Shown here: positions 12,544-25,821 of the stretch, piece after piece | How the letters are laid out: each line of letters starts with the position of its first letter | Numbering within the stretch: position 1 is the first letter of the stretch | Translations under genes and position numbers: made by a program | Assembly: GCA_016906335.1 (NCBI GenBank) | Contig: JADEYG010000003.1 | Span: 1,488,001-1,552,000 of the forward strand | Length of the DNA: 64,000 nt | Direction: 5' to 3' | Source of the DNA: Novakomyces olei | Taxonomy: Eukaryota | The notes under the pieces: model-generated | What the model saw: the letters and a program-made list of their open reading frames with translations, nothing else | What the model was told of the DNA's origin: nothing | The model's database searches: none

Positions 12544-14737
12544 CTACCCGATAACACTACCTGGTCCCGATGGCGTAACGCTTGAATCATTCCCACTCTC
12601 GTCAATAACAGTTGGACGCTGGTAAGACCAGTTTGCAAACTTGCGCTGAACAGTTTCCGACAGATGAGAGTCTGCTACTACACTGTCCATTGCCGGCTCA
12701 CTCGTAAACTCTGCATCAAAATTGCTTGTGTCTATTGCACTCTCAACTGAGGGTTTAAATGGCGGCTGAATCTTTTTCTGTACCAGCTTTTTCCAGTCTA
12801 TATCCTTTGTGAAAAAGGGGTGATTCCGTATTTCTGCTGCCCCACTAGCTCCCAATCGCTGAGAGGGATCCTTGTTCAACAACCCCGTTAAAAGATGCCG
12901 AGCCAACTTGTCCATGTTGTCGGGAAACCTCAATGGGTTGTTTAATATCTTGCGATACATTTCATTGACATTTTCATCGTAAAATGGAGGCAATCCAGTC
13001 AGCATCTCATACAGCAAAACGCCCAGCGTCCACCAATCAACGGCCTTTGTATAGCCCTTGCCGACCAGCAGCTCGGGTGCTAAATATTCCGGTGTACCGC
13101 AAAAAGTATTCGTTTTGTCTTGAGCTGCCATATTGAGCTTACAAAGCCCAAAATCACAGAGCGCAATGTGGCCCGTGTAATCGAGCAAAATATTCTCGGG
13201 TTTAAGGTCACGATAAATTACATTAAAGCCGTGAAGATGCTCAAGAGCACACAGCAACTCTGCAGCATAAAATTTAGATCGCCATACGGAGAATCTGCCT
13301 TCCCGCTGTAAATGATGGAACAATTCTCCTCCATTAATAAAAGCCAGAACAATGTAAAGCTTCTCTGGCGACTGGAAAGAGAACTTTAGGGGAACAATGA
13401 ACGGGTTATTAACCTGCGCCAGAACGGTTCGCTCTGCCAGTGTATGATCGACCTCAGAACGGGAAACAATATGGGCTTTGCGAATAGTCTTGAGAGCATA
13501 AATTCGAGACGTATCTTTCTTACGTACCTGCATAACTTTGCCAAAAGAACCCTTGCCCACAACTTTTAGCAGGTCAAAGGCATCTATCGTAAGCGGGATC
13601 TGCTGAGTAGCCTCATAGCGGATTCGCAAATGAACTTGGCCTGATCCTCCTTGAAGCGGTACCCATTTGTCAAAGACTTGATTCTCAATAAATGAAGGTG
13701 TTAATTTGGCATCACCAAGAAACAAATCGCCTTTGGCGTACTGACCTTGCTCTTGTCCATCAGAGGCATTAGAGGATCCGGAACCTGATCCGGACCCTGA
13801 TCCTGTGCCATTGCCGGAGCCTGTTCCTGCTGTAGCAGGCGTCTTGGAGGCAAGCGCTTTTTGCTGCTTGCTTTGTAAGGAAGAACGTAAGTATATCTGA
13901 CAGGACAGTGATGATGGCCGTGAAACATCGTACTTGCCTTCAAAATCCCACCTTGGATTTTCCAGCGAGCTTGACTGTAAACAGTCAATCAAAATTTCGT
14001 TCTTGTCAAACTCCAAAACAATGTAAGGAAGATACCAGGCCTGGCTACGCTGCCTCGAATGGAACCCACCGCTTCTATGAAAGGAACTCGACCAGGAACT
14101 GAGAGATTCCTTGCGAATACTCTCGTTGCCCGCCGGAATCGAAAGGCCACGAGCTTCAAGTACTGTAACAATCAGCAGCCCTGGTTTTACCGTAGAGTTT
14201 GGGATATGCATTGAATTTGAATTAGAGCTCGAGTTCGCCGTTGAGATAGTTGCACTATTGACGCCCAGTCGCGCCGGAGTGATTGTTGCATTAGAGCCAG
14301 ATCGTGAATCTAACCCAGAAGCCCCACCGTATCTCGACGCAGCCACCGAGGAGTCATCGAACCGATGGCCCGAGGAGGCAGAAGCGGAGGGAGGAGCGGA
14401 AGCTGCTGCGGTTGCTGCAGCTGTGGCTGCTGCATGAGACGAGCTTGTTGATTGCAAAGATCCAGAGGAAACGGAACTTTTCTCACGGTCTTTAGAGCCG
14501 TGGTCTTTGTGAGAGTAAAAGGGAGAGATATGGCTCTCTTTGAGCTCTGAATGGCGTTAGATTGTCAACAATACAAGGAGGATGATTATCATTCAACAAA
14601 ATTGAAATAAAATCGTGAGACGACAATTAAGATAATCTTGAAGCTTTTGAAGAGAAACAGACGGCACAATTAATGTCAAAGGGTGATGAGAGAATAGAAG
14701 TGTGTTGCGACATACTCTTTGTCAGTTTCCACGACAT
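12544..14737 (-). CDS. gad8: AGC kinase Gad8/Ypk1 (C2-like domain + kinase); 22-nt first exon
   Basis: Exon 1 (14737-14716) plus intron 14715-14547 gives MSWKLTKKLKESH. Kinase motifs GKGSFGKV, YRDLKPEN, TNTFCGTPEY and hydrophobic motif FANWSY. Confidence 0.95.
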
Positions 14738-15561
14738 TTATTGCCCTTAATACCACTTGAAAAGGCTACTGTGACGCTGTCGACGAATGTAAAGATACCA
14801 GATCACTATGTTCAACGATCCAACTCGTTTTGCCGGTTTAAACCCAATAAACTCAGCACCTACTACGCGTCAAAACGAAACAAGGCCGAGATAATGGACG
14901 CGACCTAGAGACGAATGGCCCAGAAAGAAAAAGGCCGACCGTTCTCTCAAAAGTAACAGCAAACGGCAGGCAGACACAACAGAACCCAAACGTAAAAATT
15001 GTTGTTAATAGTAAGTTTTCATAAGGGGCTGCTCTTCCCTTGACTTTGCTCTTTTATCGTTTGATGACTCTATGTTCCAGACGAGAGCAAGCCCTAAAGG
15101 CCGCGTGGAGAGAAGCAAAAATTTCGGATAACACGAAATGCAAAAGATCTCTTGAAAGACCAAAAGCACAAGGCGGGGCTGGCAGACAATTTTCCACCAA
15201 CAAAACCCTGGAACGAATAAAGGGGGAGTCTGGCAGTCTTTGGAAATACACTTGAAAGCAAAGCCTTCTACCGGTGCCTTGGGTGCTTTATTTAGATGCG
15301 GAATCAGATAGCAGATGAGATTAACGTAACCCGCACTTGGATTAGCAGTATACTTGTTTGTCTTGCATTTCCATTACTTGAAATTTACGCCTGAATTCGA
15401 CATGCAAGATTGCTTGTTGGGTAAACGCGTTGGTATTATCGTTTGTATGTGAATCGAGTGTAGGTTTGCATACAACGAGAGTGGTAAACAAAGACGCTTG
15501 CACAAGACTGCCTTTGAATTTTGTTACGTGGGGACAGTAAAGCCCAAAGTCCCGAATAGCG

Positions 15562-16081
15562 ATGTCGGCCTTTGCTCTGCAAGACGCATTCCCTCTTTTC
15601 GATAAACGTGGAAACGGCAGCATAGCTGTTTCGGACGTTGGAGATTTATTGAGAGCAGTAGGAGAAAATCCGACTCTGGCGGAGATTAGCGCGTTACAAA
15701 GAGAGGCAGCAAACTCTTATGGCCGGAATGAAATAAGCCGGACTGACTTTGAGCATATACTTGCCGAGTATCGGCGCAATCACGATGTTTCGACCGACAG
15801 TGTCGACGATTATGTTCAAGGGTTTGAGGTGTTTGACAAGGAGCGAACGGGGTTGATTGACGTGGGCCAGTTGAAATATGGTACACTAAATGAGTCTACT
15901 TGCGTGCTAATCTTCACAGTGCTTACATGTCTTGGCGAAAAGCTGACACAGGAAGAGGCTGACGAATTGCTAAAGAGCTTTGATGTATCCGGGGGCAAGA
16001 TCAATTATCGGGGTGCGTGCTTCTAGTTGTTTTACTTTCTAACTAAACGTAGAATTCGTCGAGACAATTTTGTCGAATTGA
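15562..16081 (+). CDS. cdc4: Myosin essential light chain (Cdc4/Mlc1), 3 exons
   Basis: EF-hand protein: AFPLFDKRG, GDLLRAVGENPTLAEI, GFEVFDK, LKY|VLTCLGEKL; introns 15881-15919 and 16013-16052; ends EFVETILSN*. Confidence 0.92.
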
Positions 16082-16402
16082 AAGGCGTCAAAGCATAGCG
16101 TAGAGTAGCAAGCAAGAGTGATCCATCCGCCAATACGCATTAGCTCTTTTGTACCTTTGATATCAGCTTTATTAATATTAAATTGTTATGAGTATTCAAA
16201 CGCGAACCTCATTCAAGCAAGTATCACTATAATCAGAGTTGACACTACGCGCGTCGTTTTATCGTACTCATTGCTAAATTGCCAATAAGTCGGGTACAAA
16301 TAATTTGCTCCTATTAAAGAAGCAAATAAGTAACGCAATTAAGTAACGCAAGCAAGGCCAGTACTTGTCGCTCCAGCAAGAAATTTATGACGTAGACCCG
16401 AC

Positions 16403-17116
16403 ATGGAGGATCCACGGACAGAACTGCCTGCAATAATACTGGCGCTGACGGAGAGTAACGGTTGGTTGATGATGATGATTTTGCCAGACGATTTTCCTGC
16501 TAATTCCGGTCATTAGACAAGGCCAAGCATGAGCAAACGGTTGAAAAGTATTTTACGGAAGGTTAGTCGGAGAGGACGCAAAAGCTTATAGTTTGGAGAT
16601 CTGTAGCTAACAGTGTAAAGATGCCTCGTTTTCGCATCCGATGGTGAATGTGGCAAGCGCGGAAAACTCGCGCGAGACGATTAAAGAGGTGTACGCAGTT
16701 TATAAGGTATGTAATAATTGCCAGTCTGTGCGAATATACAAGTGCTCAATCGCAACTAATACTTGTGTCTTTTATTATTACAGGTTTTTACTACGAGCGT
16801 GCATGTTTCCGTGGACAATGTTATTTTTGACGCGCTAAGTAAACGCGCTGTTGTTGAAATAACAGAGCAGTTACGGTTTCCTGTGCTTGCGTACTTACCG
16901 GTGCGCAATATAAAGATCCTTACTGTGCTCGACTTTCATCGGGACTCGAGCACATATCTCTACTATATCAAACGGCAATATGACGTTTTCCCGCTCGATG
17001 CCGCTGCGGGATTACTGCCTTTCCCGTTTTCCCTCGGGTATTCGCTCTACCGCCGCACAGCCACATACACTGGGTCTCTGGTTGGTTACGGCCTTAAAGC
17101 CTGGGGGATATGGTGA
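16403..17116 (+). CDS. Conserved fungal NTF2-like domain protein, 4 exons
   Basis: Spliced MEDPRTELPAIILALTESN|DKAKHEQTVEKYFTE|DASFSHPMV... matches the fungal MEDP...YFTxDAxFxHP family; canonical introns. Confidence 0.7.
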
Positions 17117-17187
17117 GGCCTGCAGGGCTAGTTGAGGCTGCTTCTCCGGTTAGCCTTGACAAGGATAGACTTCTTTCTCGTTGTATA

Positions 17188-18485
17188 TTAGACAGAATCT
17201 TGTAAGCATGCGTTTTTCCATGCGACATATCGCTCAGCAGTATAATCCAGTAAAATAGTATAGTCGTTTTGGCCGTTCAAGCCAAATCCGTGACGGTGCC
17301 GGTCCCAGCTGAAAAGGGCGTCTTGCATGCCCGAGACGTGCAGAACGATTGTCTCAGCCTCAGATAAGGCTCTAAAAAGATACGGTGTTAGATGGGCGCA
17401 ATTGATTGAAAAAAGTATGTTTGATAGCAAAATAAAGCTTACTGCTGGGCATTATCAAGGAGATTTAAGACGTCTTTACTGCTCATACAGCCTTTAATAC
17501 GCACACAAACCCAGTCTTTGGTGCCTGCCTTGTTTTCCAGTTGATTCTGTTTAAAATCAAACTCCAAGTGAAGCAAAACTCGTGCAATCTGCTCCTGGAC
17601 ATCTTGAGCTATTTCGGCCAGCACAAACGGATCAGTTGAAGAGTAATTGTCTAGAGCAGAATAGAGCTGCTCAAGCGAACCAAACTCCGCCGCGGATGAG
17701 GCGTACCTGTCGATGGTGAGTGGAAGCGGACGTACCTGCAAACCGTCAAATACGAGGTTGCTGTCATCGGCAATAACAATCATTTGTACTGGGGGTATAC
17801 GGCGAAGGCAGGATACTAGGCGTTTAAAATACCGTTTTTCGGCCCTTACAAACTCCTGTGTTAGATCGATATCGATGTCTGTAGAGAACCGGTCAGTAAG
17901 AATGAGAGGCAAGCAGACCCTTACCGTGTCTGAGCTTGTATAGAGCAGACGGTTTCCCTTCAAGGCCATACGCCACATAGCTGTCCCGCAGCAATGACAT
18001 GTACAAGTGTCCTGGACAATGAGTACGATGCATTCGATAATAGCACGGACGTACCATCAACGAGAGCAAACGAGTCTTGCGCATCAATCTTGCCTAACGA
18101 GAGAAGACTTATTTTGCCTTATTTAATGGTTAGTAAATCGACACTCAAATATATTGAATTAAATATTTTCCAACCGTTTTGGCGTTACAATATCCATACC
18201 TTGCTTTGCCTGATTCAATAGCGGCGATGCCTCTAAAAGCGCAGAAAGCGACACTTGTCCTAAACCATAACGCTTCTCCCGAGTCACAGCTCCGATAGCG
18301 CTGTAAAATTGGTCCGCACGCTCTTGAGAAATTCCACTGGCGGCAATTCGTACCTCATGGTTCCATGTGTGGCCTTCTATACAGCGATTGAGTCCACGCG
18401 GTAAGGCTGGAGGATGATGCTTTACTTTTTCAGACTCCACGTACGTTTTGCCACATTTCTGTTCAATTCGCGTGTTTATGCCCAT
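17188..18485 (-). CDS. rpp40: RNase P/MRP subunit p40 (Rpp40), 5 exons
   Basis: Spliced segments IDAQDSFALVD|GHLYMSLLRDSYVAYGLEGKPS and C-terminal LHVSGMQDALFSWDRHRHGFGLNGQNDYT resemble Rpp40 motifs (LxLSLDKxTYExxGLxGxP; VxGFxDSPVSW..EHGF..GEN.YT). Confidence 0.72.
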
Positions 18486-18980
18486 GAAAGCGTCGTCAAA
18501 GAATCCACAAACAGGGTTTTGTGTTGCCTAGAAACATGCGTTGAGAAATTTGTTTAGCACTCTGACAGTAATAGCATAAAAGCTGGAGTTCAGTTTGCCC
18601 TTGCTATCAAAAACTGCCTCAGATAATGAAAATAGTACTATTTAATAATAAATTAACTAATTAACTAAATAATTAATTAACTAATAAATTAATAGCTAAA
18701 TAAATAAATTGAAGAAATAAAAATGCTCAAATTAAGTTTCTATTTTTCATTTTTATTATTCTTACATAGGCAGACGAAGAGCTTTACAAGACATGACAAG
18801 CAATATATTAAGCGATGGTTTTATTAAGTGTGCCGTTTTTCCGTCAAAAAACGATTGGCTATCTGTCAAAATTACAGGCACAAGCCCATCGTTATCCTTA
18901 TTGAGTAATAAAAACCCGGTCAAAGCCTGCTTTGCCAGTCTGTTTAAACCTTGGCGGCAGCAGATTGCCTGAACGGCTCA

Positions 18981-21121
18981 ATGGCAAAGGACAGCGACAA
19001 GTATCCGGCGGCCGAAATTTTCGTGCTTGCCCTCTGCCGATTCGCAGAGCCGTGCGCATTTACCTCCATCTTTCCCTATCTATATTTTCTTGTGCAAAGT
19101 AAGTTTGCCGTTGTGCTTTGACGCTAAATTTATCATTTTGTCCTAATTTTTTTCTTTTGGCCTTCTTGTCGCGCCAATGCAAATGTCTGTCTAAATTTCT
19201 AACTGTATAGGTTTTGGCTACACTGATGAATCTAAAATTGGTCTATGTGCCGGTATTGTTTCAGCTACATTTGCCCTGTGCGAGACGCCGACGGCTCTTT
19301 TTTGGGGCCGTATGTCAGACAAATAGTAGGTTTATTTGCCAATTGATCATTCAATTGCGATTTACTGACCTTCAAAGTGGACGTAAACCTATAATTTTGT
19401 TTTCCGCAGGGGCTACTGTTATCCCCTTTGTTGCGTAAGTCTATTTATTGCTGGCGCTTAATATGCCATTAATTTGTTGTCTCCAAAACTGTTTAATGCT
19501 TACGCGCAAAAGATTTGGGTTTTCACGATCTCTCGGTGCCGCTATTCTATGGAGGGCCCTTGGAGGCCTGGTCAATGGCAATGCTCCTGTAATCCGGACA
19601 ATGATCGCAGAGCTTGTTCCTAATCGCAAATTTCACGCTAAAGCCTTTGCCGTTATGCCAATTGTATGGTCTATTGGGTCCACAATTGGGCCCATGATTG
19701 GTGGCTCTCTCGCAGATCCAGTCAAGTCATACCCAAAAATTTTTGGCAACTCCAAACTGTTTAAAGCTTACCCTTTTGCTCTACCAAACATTGTTGCGGG
19801 GTCGCTTTTCACTTTTTCATTTATTATCGGCTTCTTTTTCATACGTGAAACACACGTCAAGGCAAAGTACCGACGGGACTATGGGATTATTCTAAAGAAC
19901 AAGGTTGAAAGATTTTTCAAACGCGTATTTAACCGCTCCACTGGCAGTGATGATGATGACCAATATACTGCAATTGACCGTGACTATGATCAGGAGAGCC
20001 GGGCTAATCAGCAAAGTCAGGCTCCTCCACCCAGCTTTAGTTTGCGTGATGTCTTTGTGCCCCAAGTGAAGCTTAATATTATTCTGCATGCCATGCTAGG
20101 ATTTCATTCTACTGCTTTTGATGCAATGTTTCCTCTTTTTGCAGCCGCACCTCGAGAGTCGGGTGGTCTGGGGTTGACTGCGCGGGCTATTGGGTACCTG
20201 ATGACTGTATCTGGTGCTTGTTACCTTGTCACGCAAATCTGGGTGTTTCCTATTTACCATGCAAAGTATGGGAGTGTCAAATGCTTTCGCTACTCCAACA
20301 TTGCATATATTTGTGTCTACGTGGTAAGTTTTGTTTGTGATTCAAACGCATGAATAGAAATTGTTTTATTCCGATCAATTATATTTTATTTTTTTCTAAT
20401 TTGTATCATTTTATATCATTATATCATTATTTTATAATTGTAATATATTATATTATATTGTTTTTGTTTTTGTTTTGGTCATATCACCTTATTTCATACA
20501 TTATCTTATATTTCTTTTTCCATAAATCTTTTGGCAAATCAAGAATGCTAACACGCCTAGTGCGTACCGCTTCTCGCATTTACACACTCGTGGTTTACAT
20601 ACATTGTTGCGGCTATTATTCTGTCAATTACAAAAGCAACAGTGGCCTTTGCCTTCCCCTGTAACATTATTCTACTCACTCAAAGTACCCCGCAATTGTA
20701 TATGTTGGGCACTGTGAATGGAATGGCTCAATCATTTTCCAGTTTTGCTCGCGGAGTAGGTCCGCTTTGTGCAGGGCCCGTTTGGGCCCTGTTGGTTTCA
20801 ACAGGCTCAAATTGGATGCTGTGGATTTTTTTCTCTGCTTGGGTCGGAATCTGCGCTTTTCTCTCGCGGTTCCTTGTTGATGTTGGAGCTCAAAAAGCAG
20901 AAGCTACTGCAGCTGCCCAAAACGCTTCTTCTTCTGGCTCTCTTGTTGATTCTCAAGGCTTACGGGACCAGCCAGCCGGAAAGACTGACGACAACGATGT
21001 GTACGAATTGAGTTCGCGTCAGCATTTTATTGGAGAAGATAGTGACTCGGAGGATGAGGATGATTCAGCGCGTGAGCATCTTATTGGGAACGATTCTAAA
21101 GAGTATCAGCGTGTGAAATAA
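18981..21121 (+). CDS. Major facilitator superfamily transporter (YCR023C/ZIFL-like), 5 exons
   Basis: CRFAEPCAFTSIFPY; MFS motif A WGRMSDKY|GRKP; GLVNGN; GPMIGGSLADP; YPFALPN; LGTVNGMAQS. Confidence 0.9.
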
Positions 21122-21367
21122 GCTGCGCGAGAAGACTGCTAAGCACAGCTATAATCGAGATTTTATGATAGAAGGGCATGGGAAATAGGTCGCTTTCAAA
21201 TCCAAGGGGACATTATAAATAACTTGTATTTAAATTATGTTTATTAATCAACAATCCTGCTCTAACCATATTTATTTCTGTCTATCGATAAATTAGCGAA
21301 TTTAAACCATCTTGACCGTTTCAATAGTAAGTCCAATTTAATATAGTACATTTGTATTGTGCGACCA

Positions 21368-22696
21368 TCAATTAAGCCCAAAAATGTTCAAAGAGCCCCC
21401 CAGATCGTCGCCAGCAAAGGCCAGCAGGTACTGGGTAGGATGCCATGCGACCGCATTTACAGCGTATTTTACATTTATAGCGTAAACCCGTTCTGCCGTA
21501 GAAACATGTGCCTGGTGATTAGAAATAAATTGAAAAAGCACATAGTTAAATATTATTAATTTATTCAAACGCCTTACAATATCAATCACTTTATCTTCTG
21601 AAGCAGAGGCCAGAAACTCGCCATTATAGCTAAAGCTCAGCGTGCGAATAGCGTTAGTCAGCCGTGAAATTGTATTCTGACAAGCGATATCAACCGTATC
21701 CCAAATGCTGACTAGAGCGTCAGCTCCACCAACAGCAAAATACTCTCCAGTTGGGTCCATTTGGATACAGAAGCAATTGCTTGTATGTGCATCGACAACA
21801 TGAACCAGCTCTAGTTCTGGCCAATTAAACACTTTAACCAGGCCTGTGCCCGTTGTAAGAAACCAGTACCGACCATTATTAGACCACCGTGATTCGTTTA
21901 CTTCTACAGGCTCTTTTATTTGTCGCACAACGCGCCGTTCTGCCGGATCGATAAACGTCAACACGTCGTCCTGGAAATGATTAGCAGGAGCCCCGTTCAG
22001 AGCACAATAAGCATATCGATGCAACGCTGAATGTGCAGTATTTTGATTTGTTTATCGTCATTATTTGTTTATCGTCATTACTCACCCGGCTGCCGACAGA
22101 CATACATTTACCGTCTGGCGACCAGTCGACGTATAAATTTTCGCCAGAAGTTTTAAACTCATGAATACATTTTGAAGCTGATGGTTAGAAAGGTAAATTG
22201 CTGCTTTTCAATTGATTAATTTATTTATTTATTTCAAAATAAATAAATAAATATCCTAGATCGTGGATTACATACTCCGTGTATCCCAAAGCCGTACCGA
22301 TCTATCGGCAGAAACGCTGGCAAGACGATCAGCGTGGGACGGGTCCCATGCTACTTGATCAACGCTAGAAGAATGACCACGGAACTCTGTCGAATTACGG
22401 ACATCTGGCTTATCTGGATTCCAGACTCTTACTGTACGATCAGTGCTTGAAGAAGCAAGCCGTGTCCCCGTAGAATTCCATGCAATTGAACGTACAGCCG
22501 ATCGATGGCCTTTGATCGTTAAAGTATTTTGTTTTGCGAAATAGTCTGAGGCCTGAATGTTAGAAACGAGTCAACTAAAATACCAAAAATAATAATAATA
22601 ATAATCAAATGAAAATCGAATACAGCAAACTTGAAGAAATTTGAAACTTTGACTTGCCTCTGCTTCACTAACGTTTGTCAATTCCGAGCGCACCAT
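21368..22696 (-). CDS. TEX1: THO/TREX WD40 subunit Tex1/THOC3, 5 exons
   Basis: WD40 repeats with STEFRGHSSSVDQVAWDP, GENLYVDWSPDG, VNESRWS, AHTSNCFCIQMDPTGEYFAVGGADALVSIWD, VAWHPTQYLLAFAGD. Confidence 0.9.
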
Positions 22697-23981
22697 ACTG
22701 GCAGCGTCTCCAGCGTCTGTGTCAGCGTAATAATCAAACCTGTCGCGCTATTACGAATATTAAGTGTTTTAGAGCGCGAGATTAACCCTAATTAGCTGTA
22801 GCTTATTACTACGTCTAAAGTGGTAATTCTTGACAGTTTACCATCCATACACAATGTGCGCGCAAACTGGCAATGGCACTTTTCTAAAAGAAAATCAAAA
22901 TTGGTCGCTGTTTTAAACAAAGCTTTGCGCATGGACATTCTCGTTCTATTCCACCTGTTTTCCTTAAATCGATCATGTAAATAAGGGATCAAAGGGTACT
23001 CTACATATCACCCGACTATACATAGACACTATTCAAACTCTTAAAATTGAAGGTAAATTTACGGTTGCAAAACTGCGTCAATCAATAGCAGCAATTAAAG
23101 AATTAGCTGGTGATCAAATGTGATCATAATTCACTAGTATGCAGTCTGGTGTGCGCAATTTAATATGACAGCAGCGTCCAATATTACAGAGCCCTTGATG
23201 GATCTTGCTCCAAACTGCTGAACCTTTTGGCTCTAGAGTCGAACTTTGGCATTGTGTTAGCACAACGAACTAGTTCACAGCACAATGTAACAGCAGCAAC
23301 AAGAGCAACATGTCTGTGAATGGACTATTATTCAAACTGCGGTCGGGCTACAACATATCACAAAAGTGTGCATTCGTCTAGTATATTTTTTTTCTCTCTG
23401 TTTGGCCAGTTTTCTTTTCAATTCAAGGTACAGCACACTCTCCGCTGTATGAGCATTTGCCATGATTAGGCACAAAGCCCATGTATAAAGACATAACCTA
23501 TTTGATAGGAACAAAAGTATACAAGAGCAAAATAGGGCAAGGAAGCCCCTCAGGATCAGGATTGCTGAAAAATAAAGGAAAATATGATTCCAGTGAATTA
23601 GTACATATTACGTAAATCAGTCTAGTTTACAGTGCACAGTGTCTCTCTTCTTCAGGACTGTGACTTCAGTTCACAGCCAGATCATGTAACAAAAGCTTAA
23701 CGCCATGCAAATGTAGCGGTTTTGCTACTGGCTTCAAATAGTGCCTAATCTTTCTAAAAATAAATAGCGTATTTTATCATACAAACGAATCAGTCCCCCT
23801 CTTTTCTCTCCATTCTCCTTTTTTTGCGATATCAATTCATTGACTTATTTATCCAGAGTAAACTTTCAGCTCATCTTTTAACCGTTAAACTCCCAACCTT
23901 TACGGTACCGAGCTCAAGCAAAAGATTTGGAAAGACAATGTGATACAGCTGTCGACATTGCACACGTATTATATACAGATT

Positions 23982-24527
23982 TCAAGTGCGAGCTTTCCAG
24001 AATCCACGGCCATAGCTTACACATATTTCCGCATTTTTCTCCACTCCAGCCGGTCCAGCGAAAACAGCCATTCGCACCAAATTTTCCCCCGCACGTGCAG
24101 AACAATTACGCGTGTCAAATAAAGCATTGGGCCGTGGAAGAATTCCACGATAATCATTTACAAAGCGAGCTTCATTTCCACACTCTTTGGCGTCAATCGC
24201 TATAATTGTTTCGTTTGTGCGATCCAGAGTTAAATCATAGTCCGAAGTCATGTCTGCTTCTGCTTCGTAATGTACAATTCCAGTGTAATCGGTGATCCAA
24301 GCCCCCGGACACAATCGCTTGGGTCCGTTGAATAATCCGTACTGTCCGCATGCGGGATGAGACGAGTCTGTTATCGGGCGAATTCGTATCTTGGGAGGCG
24401 ATTGTGCTTGCTTTACGTTCGATAGTGCAGCAGAGCAGTAAATTTGTTTATCTTGGGCCGATAGTTTGGGAGAGGGCGCTGATTGGTTCAAGTACACAAT
24501 GCCTTTTGGCCAATTATTCGGAATCAT
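23982..24527 (-). CDS. Small stand-alone SET-domain lysine methyltransferase
   Basis: HPACGQYGLF, SDYDLTLD, IDAKECGNEARFVNDYRG and EICVSYGRGFW SET motifs in a 181-aa intronless ORF. Confidence 0.85.
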   Translation of the reverse strand: MIPNNWPKGIVYLNQSAPSPKLSAQDKQIYCSAALSNVKQAQSPPKIRIRPITDSSHPACGQYGLFNGPKRLCPGAWITDYTGIVHYEAEADMTSDYDLTLDRTNETIIAIDAKECGNEARFVNDYRGILPRPNALFDTRNCSARAGENLVRMAVFAGPAGVEKNAEICVSYGRGFWKART

Positions 24528-24924
24528 AAACCGCGGAATAAGATCATCAATGCGATAGAACTTGGACTAAACACTAAGTTGCTAGCTCTTTGATGGATCG
24601 GGGTCAACGATGTACTGACTGCACAAGTGCCGCTTTTGTCACCGGTAAATCATATATGCGAAGATGAGCCGGAGTCGTTCATTAGATTGACGTCAGGCTA
24701 AATTGAAATTCCATACTATACACAGGCTTACACCGCTGCAATAGATTGTTGCAATGGCATCTACTAACCCTAACCCTGTCATTTTGCGAATTTTATCTCT
24801 TCTATGCTAATAATCCTAACCCTGACTTTTTGTTCTAGTGAGGCAATCTCCAAGTCACCTTCATGTAGATTGCTTCAAGTTTTGATACTCCACGGGCAAA
24901 CGCCACAAGGCAGACTGCCGCGTG

Positions 24925-25821
24925 CTATACTCGCTTGCTGTCCCCAGACTCAAATTTGATATTGTCCATGTTTATGCCAAATTTCCCGAGTAGGGAAGAG
25001 CCAAGCGATTTTAGTTTGTCTAGCATTTCCTGTGTCTCCTGTTCACGTGCCTTGGCAATGCGCTGCGGCAACCGAGAAATCGAGGCTTCAACTACCTTTT
25101 GCACAGGATCGCTACTATCGAGCTGTGCTTGCACAGTCGTGTAATCGTCGAGTGCCTGCTGCAACTCGGACCATTTATCTATCTGCTCATTTGCTTGCGC
25201 TCGGCGCAGTTGAGCCTTTACGTATTTCGGTTGCCGCTTTAACGCTACACAAATTAGCAGATGTATAGAGACAAGTGAGGAAAAGGAGAATGTAGCCGTG
25301 TAAACATAGAGGAAAGCAAATCAAAAGAGACCCAGCTCTGTGGGAAAAGAATACCCTCTGAGCAGGATTGCGCTGCATCCTGCCATTTGTGCTATAGATC
25401 AGTATTGAAGCAGTGCATTAAAATGTACCGTTTTCAGCTGGCAAGCTGCCAAATTGCAGTAAAAAACAGCGAGTGGACCAGCTTCGTCTGTAGGGCAGCA
25501 CTGAATAGCCTTGTGGTACTGAGCAGCAGCTTCTGGGTACAGCTGCTTCCCGAAATAATGGTTACCCAGATCTTTAATCTCCTGAGCTTGTTCCAGCAGC
25601 AGCGCACGGTCCTCCTCACTCAGGCTGAGTCCCAGATCTTCCTCCAAAGTCGCTAATTTCCCCTCGTCGTCAGCGTTATCGTCTGTCGCCGGAATACTCG
25701 TGTCGTCATTATCCTGATCTGCCGACTTTATTCCTTGACGAGGATACTCATCTTCCCCCTCTGAATCACTAAACGTGGCAGACGACGTGGACGACGACAA
25801 TTCTACAATTTTTTCTGCCAT
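24925..25821 (-). CDS. TTC1: Tetratricopeptide repeat protein 1 (TTC1-like co-chaperone); last codons uncertain
   Basis: Acidic N-terminus; TPRs (KDLGNHYF...YCNLAACQLK|HKWQDAAQSCSE|ALKRQPKYVKAQLRRAQANE); C-terminal EMLDKLKSLGSSLLGKFG. Confidence 0.8.

Noticed and set aside
17708-17736. Intron-like GTACGT..CTCAC..CAG segment inside rpp40
   Set aside because: Removing 29 nt would shift an otherwise open, plausible frame.
22783-22791. TAACCCTAA as a telomerase RNA template
   Set aside because: Better explained as a TEX1 promoter telo-box; I found no downstream Sm site, terminal 5' splice site or pseudoknot.
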